A program made the translations under genes and the position numbers. A stretch of DNA of 64,000 bases from Gammaproteobacteria bacterium (GTDB taxonomy: Bacteria; Pseudomonadota; Gammaproteobacteria; Xanthomonadales; Wenzhouxiangellaceae): assembly GCA_018819105.1 (NCBI GenBank), contig JAHJQV010000018.1, positions 47,787 through 111,786 on the forward strand. Reading direction: 5' to 3'. A model generated the notes under the pieces. That model saw only the letters and a program-made list of their open reading frames with translations, ran no database searches and was not told the DNA's origin. Every line of letters starts with the position of its first letter. Within the stretch, counting starts at the first letter, position 1. This document shows, piece after piece, positions 58,956 to 64,000 of the stretch.

Positions 58956-59010
58956 TGCAAGCCCCTTGACCGCCAGCCTTTGCGCCGGAAAGCCATGCGG
59001 AGGACGGACA

Positions 59011-59319
59011 ATGAGCACATCGCAACAGCAGGAGCACCGCCCCGCCGCGAATCACCGCAAGCGGCTGTCAAAGACCAAGCACTGGCTGCTTATCGGCGGC
59101 GGCATCGTCTGTCTGCTGTGCTGGCTGGCGCTGGGCATCGGCTGGGTCATGGACACCACGCGCAATACGCTGATTGTGCTGGTCACCGCCACTGCGGTGG
59201 CTACTGAGGGCCTGTTCTGGCTTGCCGCTGCGGTACTGGGCGTAACCGTGTTTCAGGCCCGGCGCAAAATCTGGCGCTGGATGACGAGGCAGGGCAGAGA
59301 TGATGTTCAGGCTGGCTGA
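59011..59319 (+). CDS. small membrane protein (two predicted TM helices)
   Basis: In-frame ATG within ORF 58906..59319: MSTSQQQEHRPAANHRKRLSKTKHWLLIGGGIVCLLCWLALGIGW...ATEGLFWLAAAVLGV... No family assigned. Confidence 0.4.
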   Translation: MSTSQQQEHRPAANHRKRLSKTKHWLLIGGGIVCLLCWLALGIGWVMDTTRNTLIVLVTATAVATEGLFWLAAAVLGVTVFQARRKIWRWMTRQGRDDVQAG

Positions 59320-59445
59320 AATGTTGCGGAAAAGGGGGTCAAGTCATACAACGTTATTGGACGTATGACTGGCCTCCACTGCCTGACCCGGATGCAAAAC
59401 ACTGAGCACGAGATGAATCCGGCCGATCTGGACAATGTAGACATC

Positions 59446-60171
59446 TCAAGACAGCCAGAACCACAATGCCAGCGATAGCCCTGCCAACACAAACATGCTT
59501 CCGATCTGTTGCCGCTTTTCCCGACGGCCATGGCGTTCGCCGATCTGTTGCCGGTGCTGTTGGCGTGCCTGCCGATCCTGACGACATTCGGCGTGCAGCT
59601 TTTCCCAGGCCTGCAACCATGCGTATGGCACCTGTGTGCTGCTTTTGCTTTGTCTGAGTGTGCGCACGTATTGAATCGGTGAATACACGTTTGACGGTTG
59701 CGCGTGAGTGAACCTGGCGGCTGCTCCGAACACCACCACATTGTTCACCGGTACCGTTTCACCAAGCAATGCCTTGACTGCCTGCACATGGCCATGATTC
59801 TGATGCAGGGGGTTCTGAAAGGAAAATGTCTTTCGTCCCAGTCTTTGCGACCAGGTTTTGTCATTGGCGCGGCCACGGATACTGCCGGCGTAATGTTTGG
59901 TTTCGATGACCTCGATGCCACGCGCAGTCAGCAGCAGATGGTCAATCTGGGTCAGACCACCACGACTGTTGGTCAAAATGACATCGTGCATGGCTGCGAG
60001 CGCATGCTGTGCCAACAGTTTTGCCAGACTCTTTTCACCCGCCGCGCCCTTGAGCCTAGCCTTGAATGTCAACGCCAGACCCGGCATGATCAACAAAACG
60101 GGGATGATCCAGCGGAGACTATCCCAAAGTTGTTCCAGAACGATATCGGCATTCATTGACTGGTTACCCAT
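59446..60171 (-). CDS. NERD (nuclease-related domain) protein with an N-terminal TM helix
   Basis: GAAGEKSLAKLL..., QIDHLLLTARGIEVIETKHYAGSIRG...WSQ..., NPLHQNHGHV are NERD-like. Confidence 0.7.
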   Translation of the reverse strand: MGNQSMNADIVLEQLWDSLRWIIPVLLIMPGLALTFKARLKGAAGEKSLAKLLAQHALAAMHDVILTNSRGGLTQIDHLLLTARGIEVIETKHYAGSIRGRANDKTWSQRLGRKTFSFQNPLHQNHGHVQAVKALLGETVPVNNVVVFGAAARFTHAQPSNVYSPIQYVRTLRQSKSSTQVPYAWLQAWEKLHAECRQDRQARQQHRQQIGERHGRREKRQQIGSMFVLAGLSLALWFWLS

Positions 60172-60232
60172 ACTGCATCATGACGTACACAAAGCGTACA
60201 CAAAGGGGTCCCAAAGGGGTCAGGCTCCCAAA

Positions 60233-61160
60233 GGGGTCAGGTCGTGTAACGTGCGCTTCTCGAAGGCAGTAAAACCACCTGCTCACCTGCGGGCGATCCG
60301 GCTTGCCGTAGACCGATGCATACCGAAGAACTCCGCGATCTCAGTAATCGTGTAGGCACCGGTTGAATAGGCTTTCTGGATCGCGGCATCACGACCCGGA
60401 TTTCTCTCGGCAATTGCTTCAAGCGAAGGAGCCGGTCGATCTTTGCGCACGATTTCAGGACTCAGTACCTGTCCGTCGATATGATCGAGAACCCGATCCA
60501 TGAATGCCTGGCCACCGAGAATCCCACTGCGCCGCATTTCCATGTGCGGGTCGGGCACACCAATACCAGCGCTGACAAACCGCGCATACGCCCGACGTGC
60601 TGCGCCGTATTGCCGGTGAAATCTTGCCAGGATGTCATCAACAGCCAACCATTCAGGCGCAGGCACTATGCCCATCACTGCCTTGTAGCTACTCCATGCG
60701 GACTCTCCTGGGCTCTGCACCAAATTGGCACGAACGGGATTGAGCACAATATAACGTGCAAGCTCCATTAAATAGGCGTCTTGGTCCACCAGGATGGCCT
60801 TGTATCGACCCTGCAAAACGTGGCCGACTCGTCGGTGGCGCCGATTGAACGCCTGCGTGTAAACGCCATTGACTTCGCGCATGCCCTTTGACAACGTCGG
60901 CTTGTGGGTTTCGATCAGCAAGTGATAATGATTGTTCATCAGACACCATGCCCAAATTGTCCAATCGAAACGCTGGCATACCCGGCCCAGATTATCGATG
61001 AATGACATTCGGTCGCGATCGTCCAGATAAATGATCTGGCGTGCATTTCCTCGCGCCATCACATGGTAGAAAGCGCCTTCGAACTGAATTCTCAGCGGAC
61101 GAGCCATACAATGATTCTATCAGAGATAACGAAATTATGCACGTTGCACGACCTGACCCC
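60233..61160. mobile_element. IS200/RAYT-type Y1 transposase unit bounded by 22-bp inverted repeats
   Basis: ggggtcaggtcgtgtaacgtgc (60233-60254) versus the reverse complement of gcacgttgcacgacctgacccc (61139-61160), 21 of 22 matches. The left end is preceded by three CAAAGGGGTC copies (60201-60238). Confidence 0.7.
60283..61107 (-). CDS. Y1 (IS200-like / REP-associated) tyrosine transposase with a C-terminal DnaA-C-like HTH
   Basis: FEGAFYHVMARGN, the HUH motif CLMNNHYHLLIET, RVGHVLQGRYKAILV (catalytic Tyr region), and a C-terminal ...YTITEIAEFFGMHRSTASRIARR. Confidence 0.8.
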   Translation of the reverse strand: MARPLRIQFEGAFYHVMARGNARQIIYLDDRDRMSFIDNLGRVCQRFDWTIWAWCLMNNHYHLLIETHKPTLSKGMREVNGVYTQAFNRRHRRVGHVLQGRYKAILVDQDAYLMELARYIVLNPVRANLVQSPGESAWSSYKAVMGIVPAPEWLAVDDILARFHRQYGAARRAYARFVSAGIGVPDPHMEMRRSGILGGQAFMDRVLDHIDGQVLSPEIVRKDRPAPSLEAIAERNPGRDAAIQKAYSTGAYTITEIAEFFGMHRSTASRIARR

Positions 61161-61347
61161 GTGCCGCGTAGCGATCTGATACGCGATGATGGGCCATGAA
61201 CTGCGATCCCTGCGGCAAAAGATCTCAGCTTAGCCGCTTGCCTGCATCCAATGCCAGCCCTGGTACAAAATCATCGAGGTGATATGCCCTGTCTGGCTCG
61301 GGCATAATCATGGCTGAAGAGTCGGTTATGTAAGCGGTTATGTAAGG

Positions 61348-61824
61348 ATGCGAAGAACGCTGAAATTTCTGCACACCATGGGCAGCATCGGCATCACCGG
61401 TGGTCTGGCTGCCTACATGCTGGTGCTGGCCATGCTGCCCGAGGGCGCGGCGCTGGATACCCAGCTGGTGGTGCGCGAGGGCCTGGCACTGGTATCGAAG
61501 TGGCTGATCCTGCCATCCATGCTGGCCGTGCTGCTCAGCGGGCTGCTGGCGATTGCTGCCAACACCGCATTTCTGGAAGCGCCGTGGGTATGGATCAAGG
61601 GTCTGGCCGGCATTCTGGTGTTCGAATCCACCCTGCTGGCGATTGACGGTCCCACCCAGCGCAACGCCGAACTGCTGCGCGATGCCGTGGCCGGCAGCAT
61701 CGAGGTGCAGGCCCTGCCCGGCATGCTCAGCGACGAATGGGGTGCCTGGTGGATTCTGCTCGGCCTGTTCACCGCCAACGTGGTGCTGGCGATCTGGCGG
61801 CCTCGGTTTGGCCATCGCAAGTGA
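61348..61824 (+). CDS. DUF2269-like integral membrane protein
   Basis: 158 aa with four hydrophobic helices. MRRTLKFLHTMGSIGITGGLAAY... resembles DUF2269. Confidence 0.55.
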   Translation: MRRTLKFLHTMGSIGITGGLAAYMLVLAMLPEGAALDTQLVVREGLALVSKWLILPSMLAVLLSGLLAIAANTAFLEAPWVWIKGLAGILVFESTLLAIDGPTQRNAELLRDAVAGSIEVQALPGMLSDEWGAWWILLGLFTANVVLAIWRPRFGHRK

Positions 61825-61904
61825 TTGTGCCACTCGCTCCATTCACTATCGCCTGAGTCAGCTAGCTGCATGGTGGCATGGCTGCGCCATGTTGATTGAA
61901 TCGG

Positions 61905-61940
61905 CTGGATACCGGCGCAGGCCGGTATCCAGTGCTTTTT
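61905..61940 (+). terminator. rho-independent terminator
   Basis: ctggataccggc (61905-61916), loop gcag, gccggtatccag (61921-61932), followed by tgcttttt. Confidence 0.7.
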
Positions 61941-62349
61941 AGTGTCGCGCCTGTCTGCGCGCAACGTGCAGACCGACATTGGCAGCGATTGGGTGGTTCA
62001 GCTGATCATCCGCCAACAAGCGTAAATGTCCATGCAGACTGCACCGCAATGGCCGCAACCTTGCACACCATCACGTCATCCATGGCGTTTCTGATCATCA
62101 TAAGAAGCTGAACAGCATCAGACACATACGCTCCTCACCTTTGCCTGCAGGCCGGTTTATTCTGCCTATATGCCTTTTTGTTCTGTGAGATATCGGCTGG
62201 CTCTGACAGTTAACCGGTAAGCCTGCTGCTGCGAGCGATGCCACTGGCATCCACATATGACATAGGGTGCGGCAGCGGGTGAATCAGAAAAATAACCAGT
62301 GATTCGGCCAGCGGCCGGTATCTATAACAACCCACCACGGAGGTGTATC

Positions 62350-62889
62350 ATGCCGTTACTGTCTTCTTTTGAAATTCTTGCGGAAAGCCTGGTACCAGAG
62401 GGCATTCTGCCACCGACAGCACCCAACCCGTTTGCGGTCCAGGGTTACTGGGTGCAGGTTTCGCTGCCGCTTGGCAGTGTTTCCGCCACCCAGTTCAACC
62501 TGATTTTTCGGGAAACCACCAAGTTCACCCAAGGTGCCGGTCAATCTGCATTGCAGGCTCAGTACATTGACGCCGATGGCAAGGTGAACATTTACACGCA
62601 GTTTTTTGCCTCCACCGGCAACGGCTTCCTGAATCAGAAAATCTTTGCCGGCCAGACCATCATTTATGGTGTTCAGGTTTTGCCGCCACCACCGACCTCC
62701 GACGTCAGTCTGCCGCAGGCTGGTACCGGCTGGCGCGGTACCGTGGAAATCGACAGTCAGAACCCCGGTTCACTGATCGCCACACCGACCCAGCGGCTGG
62801 TGTATTACAACTCAGACGACATCACCACCGGTCTGGTCGATGCCGTGGTTTACAGTGTGCCGACCTACACTGGCGGCACCAGGATTTAA
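62350..62889 (+). CDS. hypothetical protein, no recognised family, no signal peptide
   Basis: ORF 62299..62889. ATG 62350 is preceded by GGAGG. 179 aa, predicted beta-rich (YWVQVSLPLGSV..., TIIYGVQVLPPPP, RLVYYNSDD). Confidence 0.55.
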   Translation: MPLLSSFEILAESLVPEGILPPTAPNPFAVQGYWVQVSLPLGSVSATQFNLIFRETTKFTQGAGQSALQAQYIDADGKVNIYTQFFASTGNGFLNQKIFAGQTIIYGVQVLPPPPTSDVSLPQAGTGWRGTVEIDSQNPGSLIATPTQRLVYYNSDDITTGLVDAVVYSVPTYTGGTRI

Positions 62890-62892
62890 GCC

Positions 62893-63693
62893 ATGAGCCA
62901 GCAAACGTTTACCGCCTTCTGGCTGGGATACGTGCCATCCGGACCCGGTGCGGGTCCGGTTTTGGGCGACTCTCCAGCGTGCGTTGACCGGGTCATTCTG
63001 GCCTTTGCCAATCTGTTTCCCGGCAACACCACCTGCAGCGGATTTCTGCAGAAAGCCAACAGCGCGGATGCCATCCGTGCCGGCATTGCCGAAATCAGAA
63101 AATCATCGCCGCATACGAAAATCATGCTGTCACTGATCGGCACCCCATCGCCGCCGGTGGGCTGGAACACTGGCATCACCGATCCGGATCAGTTCGGTGC
63201 CTGGTGCGCCAATCTGGCCAACGACTGGGATCTGGATGGTTTTGACATCGACAACGAGGATCTGGACAGCTTCCCTGGTGATGCCTTCGTCAATGCCGTG
63301 AAGGGCATGCGCAAAGCCATGCCTGATGCCATCCTGACCATGGACACCTATCTGTTCGATCGCGACAAGGATGTCATTCACCAGCTGGCACCGTATCTGG
63401 ACAACATCCACACCATGGCCTATTTCCTGGATTTTGCTGCCATGACCCAACTGGTGGAGCAGTATGCCACCGTGATCGAGCCGGCCAAGATCGCCATCGG
63501 CGTCAAGGCCGACAAGGTTGGCCCCATCACCCAGGGCACCTCGCTGCAGGATACGGCGGAACTGAGCGGCTGGAATCCACCATCCGGGGCCAAGCAGGGC
63601 ATGATGCTGTGGAACCTCAGTTCCGACATCAAGAGCGTGACCGGCGAACCCGATGGCAGCTGGACCAAAGCCATCAGCGAGAACCTGCCATGA
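62893..63693 (+). CDS. GH18 (class III chitinase / hevamine-like) family protein, no signal peptide
   Basis: LDGFDIDNED fits the GH18 DxxDxDxE catalytic motif, and the (beta/alpha)8-like pattern has TMAYF and MLWNL near the C-terminus. Starts 4 nt after the upstream stop. Confidence 0.6.
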   Translation: MSQQTFTAFWLGYVPSGPGAGPVLGDSPACVDRVILAFANLFPGNTTCSGFLQKANSADAIRAGIAEIRKSSPHTKIMLSLIGTPSPPVGWNTGITDPDQFGAWCANLANDWDLDGFDIDNEDLDSFPGDAFVNAVKGMRKAMPDAILTMDTYLFDRDKDVIHQLAPYLDNIHTMAYFLDFAAMTQLVEQYATVIEPAKIAIGVKADKVGPITQGTSLQDTAELSGWNPPSGAKQGMMLWNLSSDIKSVTGEPDGSWTKAISENLP

Positions 63694-64000
63694 GTGCCCT
63701 GATCGACGATGACGTGCTGATGACCATGGCCGGCATCGCTTATGCAGCGCCCGGCGACGTCGCCGGCTATCTGCAGCAGGCCAGACCAACGGCTGCATGG
63801 ACGGTTAACTGGCTGCCCGATCCCGGCACGCCACCGGACAATTTTGCCTACATGGCCAGGCGTGCTGACAGCAACGATTATGTGCTCGCCATTCGCGGCA
63901 CCTATCCCGATCCGTTTTCCCAGGCCTATTGGGACGACGCCTCGCAAGACAGCCCGTTTGGCGACATGGTGGACTGGCCGGGTGCGCCCGGAGCAAAAAT
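63690..64000 (+). CDS. class-3 lipase-like protein, N-terminal part (runs off the right window edge)
   Basis: Not in the ORF track (no stop). The ATG at 63690 overlaps the upstream stop (ATGA). My translation is MSALIDDDVLMTMAGIAYAAPGDV...NDYVLAIRGTYPDPFSQAYWDD...; VLAIRGT resembles the Lipase_3 (V/I)xFRGT strand. Confidence 0.5.
   Translation, partial: MSALIDDDVLMTMAGIAYAAPGDVAGYLQQARPTAAWTVNWLPDPGTPPDNFAYMARRADSNDYVLAIRGTYPDPFSQAYWDDASQDSPFGDMVDWPGAPGAK

Noticed and set aside
58926-59010. Canonical gammaproteobacterial SOS box (CTGT-N8-ACAG) upstream of lexA
   Set aside because: It is not present in the sequence. Only the GTAC-N7-GTAC direct or palindromic repeat was found, and that is reported as a low-confidence candidate.

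Overview
High-GC gammaproteobacterial-type chromosome segment (order not identifiable by eye). About 60 protein genes; I found no rRNA, tRNA or CRISPR. Left third is a conserved housekeeping block: hemF-tsaC-topA-smg-dprA-LysM on the minus strand, then def-fmt-rsmB-DUF4390-NtrY/NtrX-like-trkA-trkH on the plus strand, then dtd and glnA. The middle is accessory. The methylcitrate genes are split, with prpD at 25.5-27.0 kb and prpC-prpB (preceded by mdh) at 44.6-47.6 kb. The intervening ~17.6 kb holds a Pho-box-controlled TonB-dependent receptor / PhoD-like phosphatase pair, a lower-GC ~10.4 kb cassette, MazEF and HicAB modules, and three REP hairpins. The cassette is bracketed by 208-bp near-perfect direct repeats of the phoD-like 3' end. 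It encodes a membrane Ser/Thr kinase with a TPR domain, translationally coupled to a kinase-associated ECF-type sigma factor. Downstream are three large secreted beta-solenoid / FG-GAP beta-propeller proteins that all end in the same short tail, F-x-D-[G/S]-F-E. I consider this kinase / sigma / triple secreted-protein module the best candidate for an undescribed system. The right third carries an M20 amidohydrolase, a transsulfuration enzyme, a phytase-like beta-propeller with an IPTL-CTERM-like tail, M23 peptidase plus bactofilin, and thrBC. thrBC is fused without intergenic space to a lexA / Y-family polymerase / SRAP cassette. Further right are a NERD protein, an IS200/RAYT-type transposase with inverted-repeat flanks, and a truncated operon (unknown protein, GH18-like, class-3 lipase-like). 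Two MITE-like elements and several in-frame coding tandem repeats are also present. All functional calls come from motif recognition by eye, and no database search was run.
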